A DNA stretch of 64,000 nt from Chrysomallon squamiferum. Taxonomy: Eukaryota > Animalia > Mollusca. The notes under the pieces were generated by a model. That model was not told where the DNA came from. It saw only the letters and a program-made list of their open reading frames with translations, and did no database searches. Location: assembly GCA_012295275.1 (NCBI GenBank), contig CM022671.1:20832001-20896000 (forward strand), given 5' to 3'. This document shows positions 14,361-29,497 of the stretch, piece after piece. The position numbers and the translations under genes were made by a program. Position 1 is the stretch's first letter, and each line of letters starts with the position of its first letter.

Positions 14361-15818
14361 AGCGTTAGTCAGAGACGGCAAACGGACTGAAGCGCCGCAG
14401 TTGAGAAGAGGACAGAGATATGACATTATTATGATATATCCAATATTTAACATGTCAGCCATTAGTATTTGCCATCTGTGGGAAGGTGAATATAAAGATC
14501 CCTTCTTGCTAATCGATAGGAGTAATCCGTGGGAGTGGTGATGCGGTTTCGATCATTTTAATTAAAATGTATTTGATAATGCGTACAAAAATAGCCACAT
14601 GCCACTCCAAACGTCTCTTGTAGACCTGCAGTGACATGCAAAGATGTTAAAAAGTCGATAGCTGCTAATCCTGAAATTATACGCAACGTTTGAATCTAGG
14701 AAATCTATGCTGGCGTTCCTTTCAAACCAGTGAATAAAGAACATTTCACTTGGCACTCACCAAAGTAACCATGCTGTGAAAGTAGTCACATTTGTTAATT
14801 GACTCCTGGCCCAACACACCAACATAATTTTCAAGCATCGACAGACTTCCATACAAAAAATACAGGCGCATATGTTAGTTCAAAGCACAATATTTTAATT
14901 TAAAAACAACCGCTTAGATGTACCAGGATTTTTCCTTGTTGATTTACATTTCTGTATTTAAAAGATTTAAAGTTTTTGATTCAAGTTTGATTTCAGAATT
15001 CTAAACTACTGTAAAATATAGTAACGTCATTTTTAAATAGTGGTTACGGTTATAACCGTTTTGAATATATCCAGATAGTGAAATCTGTCTAAGAGATGTA
15101 GGTCAATTGATTAGTAATCGTATCGTGTTAAAAAAAGACAGGGAAGTTCTTTCTAACACAATTTCTTTTCTTTCGAAAACTAACTTAGCAGCCCATTATG
15201 AGCTAGAAAAATCTTTGGCAGTAAAAACGTTTGTAATTTTATCTTTTTATTTGAAACAAAACTGACAAAAGATGATTGAAATAATACTTTCCTGACTATC
15301 AAAATATCAGCTGAAATTTAATAAAAACAAATTTTAAACATTTAGAATTGAAATTTGATCTGAATATTTGGCAGAGACTGGTTAATGACGTTCGTACTTT
15401 CCTCTTTTTTTTTCTTCTTTCTTTTTAATCATCTTTTTTTCTGATCTATATTCCTTTCCTCTTTAGTTATGATACCATTGGCAAAACGAAGAAATAGTTA
15501 ACTATGTTCTTTATACTTCCCAGTTTTGTTTTGTCTGATATTTAACATCAATTAGTAATGAAGTCTAACAACAAAATATCCGGAAACAGCCATTTATGTT
15601 TCTCTTGTAGTTGTGACGTCATCGCGTACAGTTCTAACTGATTGCTGCAAAGTTCATTCAATCTTTGTTTGAAACAATATGCAGGTAACTGTCCGTCGTG
15701 TGTATCACGATATCATAAATTAAGGAGTAAAGTAACGACGTTCAGATGCTTTGCAATAGCATTATTTTTATGTTATACTTTATAATTAATGTGAAAGATA
15801 GTCGACTAAAAAATATAA

Positions 15819-15858
<40 letters not shown>

Positions 15859-16907
15859 TTGGAAGTATCAAATTTTTTATATTATCTGTAAAATATTTAT
15901 TAATATTTTATTTAACTCAATAAGACTGACATTTCTCTGCAGAAGAGCTGTTAAAAATTCATTTATTCATTCCCTTTTTCCTTCAGGCTTTAGTATTTTT
16001 CGTTCCTTAACTTTTCTAATACCTTTATTTTTTTTTTTTTTTAATTAATTTATTTATTTAGTGTTGTTGTTGCTGTTTTTATTATTATTATTATTAGTAG
16101 TATTATTATTATTATTAGTAGTAGTAGTATTATTATTAGTAGTAGTAGTAGTAGTAGTAGTAGTATTTATCAAGTATAGATTTATCAACCCTTTATTTCT
16201 CCTGAATTATTATCTATTCCTCAATCTTTAATTTATATCGCTTTATGTTGTCTGTTCCTAAACCATTTATTAAAATTATAAAACTTTATTATCTATTCCT
16301 GAACCGTTTATTTAAATTTTTTAAATTTATTAATAAATTACCTGTATCTTAATTTTCTTTCTTATTATCTATTCATCAACTCTCTATATATTTTTTAAAT
16401 TTATTAGCATCACCTCATTTCTTTATTTTTATTTTTATTATTATTTTATTATTATTATTATTTGTTTATTTATTAAATTATTATCATTTCCTGAATTCTT
16501 TATTATTATTTTTTTTAATCCATTTTCTATTAACGAACTCTTTATTTATCTATTTCTCAGTCCTTTGTTTTTTAAACTTGTATTATCTTTCATCAATTCC
16601 TTCTTTTTTCTTCCTTACGTCTTATCTTCCTCCTTATTGTTTTTTTTTTTTTTTTTTTTTTTTTACTATATCCTTCCTTTTTCGTTCATTCTTCTCGAAT
16701 CTTTTTTTATATTTCACTTTCTTATGTCAGGTTTTATCACGTGTTTAGAATTACGTCTTCGAGAGCTTGCAGACAGTAACAGAACTGAATTACAGTGATA
16801 GCAAGAAGTGTTTAATTTTATCTCGGTTTACGTCCATTAAATCTGAATGCTGCTATCACTAGGTCGGTTTGATTGCATTATCGTTTAACACACCACAAAT
16901 AGAATGA

Positions 16908-16984
16908 TGTTTTTGCTCCACCTTAAAGGGAATCTGTCCTGTGTTTTTGCTTCATCTTAAAGGGAATCTGTCACTTGTTTTTGG
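16908..16984. repeat. ~35-bp tandem duplication
   Basis: TGTTTTTGCT(C/T)CA(C/T)CTTAAAGGGAATCTGTC twice. Confidence 0.85.
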
Positions 16985-17602
16985 CACGAAAATTACAGTC
17001 CGCTAAAGTCGGTTAAAAGCTCTGAAACGTTCCAATGTGGTGAAGTAAAAAAGCGAAAAATTTAAAGGGAAGTGAAAAAAAAAGAAGAAAATTAATCAGT
17101 AAAAAGTCGTTGAATGAAGACTAAGAAATCTGAAAGTCAGTTAAATTGTTTACATTACTAAATAAATATATTTTAAGAACATTTTAGAGTACTATTTGCA
17201 CTACATCAATAAACATCTTTAAATACATACTGAACTGATTTCGAATCTGACCTCTTTGAATTTACTTGTATGCTTCCCATCATTTTACTGAGAATACGAC
17301 CAGACGCCTATATATTTCTTTCAAATGTTAAATGCGTTCATTCTGTTGGCTAGGAAGGTCTTCGAGCGGACAATACCTTTCTAATTAACTCACAACACGC
17401 AACACCATTGCAGCAAATAAACTGTTAACGTGACGGACATGGTGGGTTCAAGCAGTGTAGTCGATCTCTTCAAAGTATTCATTTGCTCGGAACGTCATAA
17501 TGTAGTTTTAATAATTAAAAACAACAATGTTAGCAATACTGTTTCGACAAGCTTACATGGAAAGTTATTTAAAAACAAGAAAATTAAATAATGATGATGA
17601 TT

Positions 17603-17639
<37 letters not shown>

Positions 17640-18084
17640 CGATAAGAAGAAGAAGAAGAAGAAGAAGAAGAAAAGAAGAAGAAATATTTAAATAGTCATG
17701 TTTCTGGTTTTTAAAATTATCTGTTATAAATATTAAAAATATAAAAAATGAAAATAACGAAAGATAATAGGCCTAATGCATCTAATATAAATTATTTCAT
17801 CAAAATGAATAAGTATTATATATTCGCTATTATAGTTTTCGAAATGAACTCAACAAGCATAAGATGACTGTCTTTACAAAATAAATTAAACATTAATGCG
17901 AGCAGTGATCCTGACTCAGAGCTATAACCTAAGGCTATTTGGTTTAAACAATATTTATTTACCATTTTATATGAAAACACAGCCATAGCCCATATTTATA
18001 TATGTCTCTATAAGTAATATAACGCTATTTCGCTCTCTATCTAGGGTTCCATGACTGATGAAAGACAAAGAAAGAGACTTAACA

Positions 18085-18292
18085 AAGACAGACAGACATG
18101 TAAATATAGACAGACACACCAACCTATAGACAGATAGATAGAGCTAGCTAGATAGATTGATTTACAGACAGACAGACAGACAGACTGATAGATATATAGA
18201 AAGACAGACTGATATTTAGGAATGTGGATAGGCAGAGAGACAGATGTATTGATAAATAGACAGACAGATGGATAGAGAGACAGATAGATTGT

Positions 18293-18337
<45 letters not shown>

Positions 18338-18358
18338 GGATGGATGGATGGATGGATG

Positions 18359-18400
<42 letters not shown>
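18085..18400. repeat. Compound (GACA)n/(GATA)n/(GGAT)n microsatellite
   Basis: Direct reading. Confidence 0.95.
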
Positions 18401-21398
18401 CTAAATTCAAATAGAAAATTAAATATTTTACAAAAAAAACCCACAAAAACAACATATATACAAGAACAAAAGGAAGTAAGAAAATAAATAATGTTTAACT
18501 GTTTACTCAGACTACAGTAATTTCAGGATATACTCATTTTTTTCAGTTAAATTATTTACCATTTCTGATTTGATGATAGATTCACATGTAACGGGACACA
18601 GTTAAAATCAGTTCTAAATCAGACCTCAGCACACTGACCTGGAAACCTAAAGACTGTAAGACTTTTAGTGTTGTAATTTCATTTAAACGAGTTATTTATT
18701 TTGTTTTACGTACATAATTTAAAACGTTACCAAGCGACAGAATATTTAAGACTAGTTGTTAGATGAGATATCTACTTCGAGTTTTAAAGGAATATGTACT
18801 TACTTTTTATAGTCAGATGAGCATATGTGTCTTGTAACAACGTAAGTTAGAACAGAGAGAGAGAGAGACAGATAGATGGCATATAGACAAAGAGACAGAC
18901 ATGTAGAGAGACAGGTAGACCGTAAACAGATAGATAAGACAGCTAGATAGGTAGGTAGAAAGATAGGTAAGTTAGAAGATACTCAAATTCATAGATACAT
19001 GGATAGACAAACAGACAGGCAGACTGTCGGACTTATAGACAGAAAGACAAACAGAATGAGTGACTATATGTAAGTATTCTTACTGTTATCGTTAAGGCAT
19101 CTAAACTAGAAAGAAATAAAATAAAATATTTGAAATTGTCTAATCAGCGTGAGAATTCTGGACTGAGATAAAGCCTAACAAATTATGGCTTAATATTACG
19201 TATTTTCCAAAGTGAAATAACTTTGCATATCTTTTCAATTAAACGGCTTGTGATAACACAAATACTGAATAGCCTATTCTAGTAGCTCATTCACCTGCTT
19301 CGAATAACAAGAGATCTGTCTCTCAGCTATCAAGCACTGTCAAAATGATAATAAATGTTTTAATTAAACATCACTGCAATACGATTTAACTTTTGAAAAG
19401 AGGTAGCAGTGTTTTATCGGACATATTGAAATTACTTAAAATTTTCAGATTCGCAGATTGCAAAGAAAATTAGTTTTTGTTTTTTTCCTAAACTGTCATG
19501 AACCAAAATCTCATTAATTTTTTTTTTTTTTTAATAATTAATTTTCAGCTATGTATTATTTAGGTTTTTTTAATTAATTATTTGTGTTACATCTGTTCAG
19601 AAAAATCAATTTTCCGCTGTTTAGATCGGGCACATCACAATGCATGAATGATAATTGATTTCAAAGTGAACAGTGTCATCGTTTTATCTGCCACGTTTTA
19701 GAAAAAGAGAAGAGAAAAAATCCAAACATTCAGATGCTATAGGAGAAATCGAAAAGATGGAAAGAAAAAGTCGATGTTTATTACTAAATCGATAGATAAA
19801 TTACTCTTTTAAAAGTTAATATTTCTTCCTTCCACATGAACAGATATCATCATACTGGTAGAATACGCCGATGCATGAAATCCAATTTACTGCACAAAGG
19901 AATAGCGAAACAAAAATAGTATTTCAATGGATTTCAATAATTTATTTCTGCATTTCTGAAGAAAAGAAGGATCCCTGACTTACTAAGAAGTTCCTTTGAA
20001 AATTTCAACTAAAATCATTCGACATGAAAAGTTTACTTTGCTATCAAAGATTTAATAGTGAGCGTTCTTCAGTGACGTAAATAAAATTTTGATAAGAATA
20101 ATTCCCAGCGTTAGAGAACACGTTCAGTACATAAAGGTCCAAAAAATACTTTTACGTAATTTGACTTAAGGCTATATCGTGATAGAGCTTTTTTTTTTTT
20201 TTTTTTTTATCATACAAATCATCCTTAAACTTTCGTTATTTATTCACTTATTAATATGCGCGTTTGTTTATTATTTATTTGTTTAATTAATTTTGTATTT
20301 AACATACAAAAATGAAATAAAATTTCTATTGCTGTTGTTGCTGCTGCTTCTACATTTACTACTATTATTAATACTACTAAATTACTACTATAACCACTAT
20401 TACTACTATTACATTACATGGTCAAAGTACTACAGTATATAATTTTGGCTGTTATACAGATTATCGTATACCACTTTGTAATGTAAACAGAATTGTTTGT
20501 GATAGAAAATTTATTTACACATAAGTGCAGTAGACCATAAAGACAGTAACCATTTATTACATATATACATATATAAATATAAATAAGGTCCTGACCAGCA
20601 ACGTCTTTGTATGTGTCATTAGCATCGTGTTTATATGTGTCAGTACATGTCTGTTCCTCTGTCTTCTGCTTTATCCTAATAACAAAATACAGACAAAAAT
20701 ATGTTTTACAAAAAGCAAAGAAAAATGAAGGAAAATTCTCAGCAAGGGCAGACAATTTATTTAATTTAAGAGCGGTGGAAACAAATTGCCTATCATTTAC
20801 CATCACTTCACGTTGTTGTCGTCACAGACATCAGACATTACACATGAACGAGAGACTCTAGAAAGATTCTCTGTCTGGGCCGCACTGATACTCCCCTGTC
20901 AGAAAATTGAATAACGATATGCTTTCCACATCACTTTCTTTGAGTGGAATCCACTCGACAAGATACCGAAATCAAACATACCGTCAATTCAACACGCCGA
21001 ACTGACGCATCAGATCTGAAAGAGAAAAGAAAAAGGCCCAACTGTGGCTTTGATGTTTTTCTAACTGTGCATTCGCCCATCGAGTTACGCGGGCCGTCTT
21101 GCCAGCTTCTGGAAGAACCGTGGGCATTCAATCTCTGACTCCTTACTGTTGCTAATTATCCCCTTCAGAAAGGCTCTAATAACCCGAGAATGTTGTCTGG
21201 AACTGTGAACATCAATAAAGAACTAACAAGCCTTCTGATTCTGTCATGCAGCAAAGAGAATAAAAATAGCAGTGAGTTTGATTCAGTCGTTAATTCGGAT
21301 GGCAAACCGGAGGTAACTGACCTTCTTGGTGTAAGGTGAAAGTTAATGAAATGTGTGCTTTGTAACAAGGTCCTCTGAATAGAAGATCCTTTGTATTC

Positions 21399-21400
<2 letters not shown>

Positions 21401-21476
<76 letters not shown>

Positions 21477-21490
21477 TTTTTTTTTTTTTT
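21401..21490. repeat. (CT)n followed by poly-T
   Basis: Direct reading. Confidence 0.97.
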
Positions 21491-21889
21491 AACAAAAATT
21501 TTAACTTTTAAACAACGGCCGTTTTCATACATTAAAAAATGAAATAAAATAAATGAATAATATAATAGACCATGGACATTTTCATAATTTAAAAAAAGAA
21601 AAACAAGAAAGAATTTAAGTAATTAATAAGAACATCATCTTTACTCCTTGCTTCTTTGACTTATTATTGAAATTCTGAAAGTGGAAAAAAAATATAAAAG
21701 GAATAAAAATAAAAAAACAGAAAGTCGAATTATTATCACCTCTACTGATGTAAGCCTGGACACAACAAATTGGTTTGCGCCTCTCATCTTTGCCTGGAAG
21801 CCGTAGATTACAGTTAATAGGAAGCGAGATTTTTGAAAGTGACGTACATTGGTGAGTTGGAAGCAGTCTACAGACACAGTTTTACAAGA

Positions 21890-22211
21890 GGCAGTTATTA
21901 TACAAATACGTTACAATAAACTGTTTTTCATGCAAATACGTCAAAGTAATCTGTTTTTCATACAAATTCGTTAAATGAAACTGTTTTTCGTGCAAATCCG
22001 TTAAAAGAAGCTGTTTGTCAAACAAATACGTAAAAACAATCTGTTTTTCATACAAATACGTTAAAAGGAATACTGTTTTTCATACAAACACGTCATAAGA
22101 ATCTGTTTTTCTTACAAATACGTCATAGGAATCTGTTTTTCTTACAAATACGTCATAAGAATCTGTTTTTCTTACAAATACGTTACAAGAAAGTGCGTTT
22201 CATACAAACAG
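21890..22211. repeat. 30-bp minisatellite, about 10 copies
   Basis: Core CTGTTTTTC(A/T)TACAAATACGT plus about 9 variable bases, period 30. Confidence 0.92.
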
Positions 22212-22498
22212 TTCACGTGATAGCTTTTCCAGACGGTCCGTTTCCTTCTAGAATGCTGTGAGTTACAATAACAGACAGAGCAAATTTCACACGTCTGGGT
22301 GTGTTATTATTTATTCATGTTCTGTTTTTTTGTAAAATCGACTAAAGAAATATCTCACGAAATTCTGAGTCGGTTCTATTTAAATTCTGTTTCAGGAACA
22401 TGATAGACCATCATACTGTTTCAAAGACTGAATAAAAAGAAATAACAATATAATAAATTAAAATGAAAACAAATAACAATAACAATAACAACAACGAC

Positions 22499-22582
<84 letters not shown>
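22499..22582. repeat. (AAT)n microsatellite
   Basis: Direct reading. Confidence 0.97.
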
Positions 22583-22583
<1 letters not shown>

Positions 22584-23701
22584 GTGGTAATAAATAAAAT
22601 AACTGACTAATTAATTAATTAACTAACAAAGTAATATATATAAATAAAGAAATAAAGAAAGAAAGAAAGAAACAAACAAACAAACAAACAAACGAACGAA
22701 CAAACATTCAAACAAACAAGCAAATAAAGAAATAATACCCCGAAACAAAGGCGTTACAAATTCATTTAAATGTTTAGACATTTTCCATTTATTTATTCAA
22801 CCATATTTCAAAGCATTTAGTTTCATCTTCATAACTACTTCTGTTTGCTATATTGTAACAGTTAGTGATCACTGCTTTGAATGAATAAAATGAATGAATG
22901 AACGAACGTAAATAAAATGAAATAAAACAATAAAATATAATAAATAAATAAACAAAGGAATAAATAAGAACTAAAATTAAACAAATTAAACAAACAAGCA
23001 AACAAATAAATAATTAAAATAAAACAAAATAAAACTGAATTCGCAAATATCTATCATATATCATTAGTAAATAACTTTCAAAATTAACGAAAATAGGTTA
23101 TAAAACATATTTACTGGTTTCTTACAACTGTTTTACATTTTGACTGTATTATATAACGGATTTAAAGTGCGACTGTCTGTGTTCACTATAGATTTAACGG
23201 GCGCCGAGTAATCTAAAGCTTAGTTAGACCTGACTTACACTCTGCTTGATAACAAACCAATAAAATAATTCACAGACACCATATCGTATTAACTGAAAGG
23301 CAATGCGGCAAAAACAATGTAAAAATGATTTGTGATTTGCTTTCGCAATTTTGGGGGGTTTTTTAAAGAAAAAAATATCGTATTTCACGCCTGGATTCTG
23401 CATTTGATAGATTTGATGTTGCGTCAGTAAATTAGAAATCTGTGTGACAAATGAAAGAAGAAAATAAAAAGAAAATATCACATGCTAATAAGGGCATGCA
23501 ATGCCGTGTTTCGACCTTTCTTCTTTTTATAATTATTGTTATTATTATTTACTTTATTATTTCTTTTTTCTCTGTTACAATGAGTTTAAGGTATTTACAG
23601 TAGTATTTAATTCTATTCCTGCTTATGTGGCATTATAAATGCCTTGATTTCATGTTCATATTTATTATGCTTCTCCTTCATAAGACACACACACACAAAC
23701 T

Positions 23702-23828
<127 letters not shown>

Positions 23829-24809
23829 CTACTTTGCTTGTATGTGTGTGGGCTTAAGAGTCCGCTTTAGGTGTCCACATTTAGTAATTTACAATAAAAC
23901 TATAATAATACCACTGAAATACCATCATATCTAAAATTAAACTCGGGCTGAAACAAAACAAATGGTCACCATAATCCCAAGTATAATTCGTCAAACGACC
24001 AACTGACCTCTGTTTTTATAAAAAAAAAAATTGTACTTCTTTTTTTTTTTGCATATGCGATTTAAAAATAACCAATACTTCCTGTCAGTTGATTGTCGAT
24101 TAAATCTTAAGTAGTTTTCTCTTACGTTCGGTAAACAGCGCTTTATACAGCATCACTAGCAGCTAGAAAATAGATTAATGACTCTCCTTTATTAGTTCAC
24201 GTAATGTTGCCTCTTAACGATACACAACGTTGTGGGAACGTATTCGATGCAACGACGCCAGAAGCTACGTCTTTACGATCTCCAGTTCATATGGGTTTCT
24301 ACAATAATCTTCAAAAAAAAAGCAAAGCATGTTGAAGCAAGGAATCGTTAGTTCAAGCGCCTTTGGCAAATGTGTTTTATTCTGTGAAGACAAGCGTGAA
24401 ATCGGCCTCTATTGCAAGCTCACTAGGTTATGATTGATGGCAGTTTGTGGACAGAACACAAAGGAAGATAGACTGCAACCAATGGACACAAAGTGATATT
24501 AATCTGTTGACATCATGAGAAAGTGAAGAGAAAAGGTTCACGAGTTGTGTCTACTGCCGTAACATTTGACTCGTGATTGAGAAGGAATTTTGTTTTGTGC
24601 ATAAAGAATGATGGATTAACATGTTAATGGCGATATAAAGGAAGAAAAAAATACGTTCCCCGCGTCGCGTTTGCCAAACTTTGTTCATGCAAGAGTTAAC
24701 GATTGCTTTTATTCCAGACGAAAATGTAAAGATTGAAAAAATTAGAGCCGAAATTACAATTCAGAATAATGTTAGAAAAATAAAATAAAATAAAATATTA
24801 AAACCTGAA

Positions 24810-24870
<61 letters not shown>

Positions 24871-26039
24871 ATATAAGTAAATTAAGTAAATAAATTAATA
24901 ATAAATAAAAGAAAAATATATATTCTTATGTGACATTAATTGTGAAATAATTATAAAACATATTATTAAGATTTAAAACAACAACAACAACAACAAAAAA
25001 ATGACTTTTATACAAAGAATTAGAAACTAAATAATTACGCTATATTCTATAAACCAAACAATAGAATAAAAATCATTTTGACTGCTTTCCTTCCTATGAT
25101 AAATAAAGTTTGTTATCAGTATTTTAAATTTATTCCCATTATTTTCATTCTTTGAGTTTAAACAGTCGAGCACTGGTGCACAGCTTAATGAATAAACAGA
25201 AAGCATTTGCTCTCTAAACCTTATAATTGTCTACAGGAAAATAATAAAATATAAATATATTAATAAATATGATGGTATGTGAAATTTAAATGCATTGTAT
25301 GTGTTTGTTTATTTGTCTCATTCTCTCTCTCTATTTCTATATATCTGTCTGTCTGTTTCTCTAATTATCAGTACTTCCCCCTCTCTCTGTATATCAATAT
25401 GTCTGTATCATATACTTATGTCTGGTTGTCCACAATGTATTTATTTTCTATATGTTTCTGGCTGTCTGTGTGCACATCAAAAGTCTATTCTTGATAACTA
25501 TTTCATTAAAAAACAGGACAGGAAAATGTGGGCAGAGTTAAATAATTTACGGCATGTATATATATATATGTATGACCATTCAGAAAATCCATAAACAGTT
25601 TTGTTCCCCAAACACCGCGTGGTATATTAACAGTTAACAAAATTACCATAACAGTGAGACAAAGGTGATGAACAAGTGATTAAACCTGCTGTAATTAAGT
25701 AAAAAGTTGCCAGTGCACATGTCTCCTTTTCGTCCACTGAGATCAGACTGCACCGTTTTAGCGAGTTCCGTGAATTCAGTAATAAAATTATGTACCTTTC
25801 AGAAGAGCTTGTGAGTGACGGAGGTTCCGACATCTCAGCCCCGTGTGTCCTGCCTGACATTTAATATATCAAGTCCAGAGAACATCAGCGACTTCGACAA
25901 CAGAGTGACTGACTCAAACTGATCCCAGACGATTATTAGTCGCGAGTTTCCTCTTTATTTACTCAGCTGTGAATGGAAGTTTTAGTGTCATAAATATTAA
26001 TATATATATATATATATACAAACTAACATATACACAAGA

Positions 26040-26040
<1 letters not shown>

Positions 26041-26120
<80 letters not shown>
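26041..26120. repeat. (CA)n(GA)n microsatellite
   Basis: Direct reading. Confidence 0.97.
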
Positions 26121-26123
<3 letters not shown>

Positions 26124-26609
26124 ACTAGTTAGTTTATCCTACAAAAGTTAGAATGTCGACGCCAGTTTTAGGATATCCACAGACTGCATACGTTTCATTT
26201 CGTTTGTCTTTATATATATTTTGTTCTGTTGTTGTGAATGCATGTATGTATTTACGTACGTACGTAAGTATTTATGTAAGTATGTGTATGTGTGTACGTG
26301 TGTTCGTGTATATGTATTCGTATATATCAGGTCCATGTATAAATGTAGTATACTTTTAGGCACTTTGTGTATTAATATCTATTTTCAGTGAAAGATTTTA
26401 TTTTGCTATAATTAATTCATTTTTTCTTATAAACCTTTCTCTTCCATTTCTTTCTAAAACGTACCCATGTATGAAACTCTCGCAGACTCCCGCAGAAAAA
26501 TTCGACTAATCGAGATACTCAACGCATCACCAGTCATTAATTGCGAATTACTATGCACTACTTGGTGTTGTCAATAGACACCACACGATTCGTTTTACTC
26601 TACACAATA

Positions 26610-26890
26610 TGTAGATTAGCTCGCCGGATCTTAATGCGCTTGATCTCACCTATTTTAAATAATAGCTACACTTCGGACCTCCTCGGCGTTTGTCGGACAT
26701 TTTAAAATGGCGTCCTTCCGCTCCACGACCTTAAACGAAACGCTAATACGCATTATTGGTTTCTACCTCCGGTCTTGTTTTGTGCGCAGCGACAGTGGGA
26801 CACGGACTTGTAACACGCTGTAAATCATCTGTTATTTGCGAGAATAATGATGGTCTTTCGTGCTGTTATTCGCAGAGACCGGACGAGTGT
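26610..26890. promoter_or_regulatory. CpG-enriched intronic patch with YY1-like motif
   Basis: AAAATGGCG at 26704-26712, ATTGG about 45 bp downstream, GC and CpG well above the flanks. Confidence 0.25.
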
Positions 26891-27109
26891 TAAATTCTTG
26901 CTTTTGATTTAATATTATGTTTGCCATTATGATCAGCTGCCATTGACTGTTGTAATAAAGTTTTAGCAAATTCTGTTACATTTTATGTTATCGTATTAGT
27001 ACAGAAAGGTCTCGAGGGAAGAAATGTTTAAAATTCTTTAAAAATAATTTTTAAAAAAAGAGAAAAAGAACGAAATTTTGGTTAAAAGTTTTTATTCAGA
27101 AGAAATTTC

Positions 27110-27146
<37 letters not shown>

Positions 27147-28311
27147 TTCATTAATAAAGTCTAGTTTTAGTTCTGTTTAAAAAAAACGTAACGACCATGA
27201 AATACAACCATGAAAAAGATATATAAACCCACGATATATCCACTTACACATAAACATTTTAATACCCAATACATATATAAAAGAATAATTATACAACGAC
27301 CGTGGATGATCAAAGATGCAGAACATTTTTAATATTAAATAAATCAATGTTTACTTAGGGAAGTAAAACAATTAATTATTTTTCATGACGGTAAAGAAGC
27401 AATTTTATATCTTAGTTTTAGCCATTATTATTAAGAGTAACTTTCCACGCAAGACCTTACAAACATAGAACATGACAACAAGTGAACAACAGTGAAATTA
27501 TTCATTATATAAATATATATAATAATCTCACAGCATATTGATTCAAATGAAACGCGCAAACTGCAATAAGATTATTTCATAACTGTATAAAACGAAGTAA
27601 GAAAATAACGAAAAATAAAACAGAATGCCGAAAGCGCTTCAAACTAAATCTATCTGTGCGAGTTCAGGATATCTCTCAATACGATTTCAAGTGTGTTGAC
27701 ATTTTAAAAACTGAAATGACGAACATGACTTTTTAGTTATGGGTTGTCAGTGAATACATAATCTCTTGAATGAAATAACTCTAGAAAATAGAAATGTTCG
27801 GCTTTGTGTTATAAATTAAATACCAAGTAGAGCAAAATTAATGTTCTCGTCTGTTTGTATAGTAGAAGTATTACATAGAAAAAATAATACTGTGTAGTTG
27901 CTGAGATCAATAGCTTGTGTTATATTCCGCTATTCTTTGTTTCATTCGTAAAGTCAAGATTTCCCTGTTTATATTACCACAGATAGTATATATTTCTATA
28001 CAAAACATCTAATGGATTTGCGAATATTATTTCACTTTTGAAAAAAAATAAAAATAAATAAACCACACACACACGAATCTCACTTTTCTGTATATTTCTT
28101 TCTATAAAGCGATGCAGTATAAAGATTATTTTAGGGTGTTTATTTGGAATTATGTAAATTTGTTGATTTATTACTAATCTATCAGAAAACTCGCATAAAA
28201 AATTTACACGAACTGATTCTGATAAAAAATCAGACACGGCATAATATGAGATCTGAGGGACTTATAGATATTTAGATAGAGATATATAGAGAGAGAGACA
28301 CACATACACAC

Positions 28312-28313
<2 letters not shown>

Positions 28314-28386
<73 letters not shown>
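28314..28386. repeat. (AG)n microsatellite
   Basis: Direct reading. Confidence 0.97.
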
Positions 28387-28389
<3 letters not shown>

Positions 28390-29291
28390 CGCATGCATAT
28401 AACCACTATGAATAACAAACTACCCTATTTAACAACGTTCTGGTAATGAACTGTTGTTATTGTTCACTAAGACATGCTATATCCTTTAAATCGTTTTTAA
28501 TTAGACAAAAGTCTAAAGTGAGAAAAACATATTGAAAACACCATGTCCTTCATTATTTTACAAGTAATATTAAAAAAAAAAGGAATAAAGAAGATTTTAG
28601 ATATGATATTCATCGGTTGACATCAAAGCGTACTAAATTCAAATGGTTATCACATGTCAAAATATCCAAACTCGTATCTCACAAAAAACACCTGATGGTT
28701 TTCTGGAGACGCCTCTATGACTGTTTAAATGCGATTTCAATAACCAATGCAAATGTAATCAAATATCAATATATTAGTTTTCTTAATTCGTACAAAATGA
28801 CTGAGTAATCTGAAAACTGGCATTCACAGCACGTAAAATCGAATTCAGTCAACACTGGTGTCAAAGATTCCAATTAGGTTTGTTTCTTCGTTACTTTTCA
28901 GTGAAATCTGCGAAAATAATATCATTAATTTCATTCCGATAATGAAGGCCATTTTTTTCTTTCTAGTATTATTAATATGTAAGGCATTCTACTGTTCCCA
29001 TTTGTGTTTTCTTTTGTCTGCATATAATATTATATTTATTATTTTATTAGCTAGTTTATATGACATTTTACAAAATTAAAATTATCCATTAGTTTTTGAA
29101 TTAATTATTTTGCTCATTCTTGTGATCTTTTTCTATTATTTCGGTCATTTATTCATCTCGATTTTGTTTGTTTATTTCACTGATCTGAGTGTGCTTCATT
29201 CATTAACTTTTTCATTCATACATTATTTCTTTATTTTCTCCTTTTAATTCTCATTCGTTTTTTTCCTACATTCAGTAAGCCGTTTAGAACA

Positions 29292-29382
29292 TTTGTTTGT
29301 TTTGTTTATTTGTTTGTTTGTTTGTTTACTTTCTTACTTTCTTACTTATTTATGTATTCGTTTATTTATTTATTTATTTGTT

Positions 29383-29432
<50 letters not shown>

Positions 29433-29441
29433 TCTAGCAAC

Positions 29442-29496
<55 letters not shown>
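29292..29496. repeat. Compound (TTTG)n/(TCTG)n/(TCTA)n microsatellite
   Basis: Direct reading. Confidence 0.95.

Positions 29497-29497
<1 letters not shown>

Noticed and set aside
17439-17480. MVGSSSVVDLFK, loosely like the missing mGluR segment GAxxSSVSIMVANILRLF
   Set aside because: Wrong spacing, an in-frame stop seven codons upstream and no usable acceptor.
21890-22211. CRISPR-like pattern of constant repeat plus variable spacer
   Set aside because: Variable parts are only ~9 bp and related to each other, there are no cas genes, and the context is a eukaryotic intron; it is a minisatellite.
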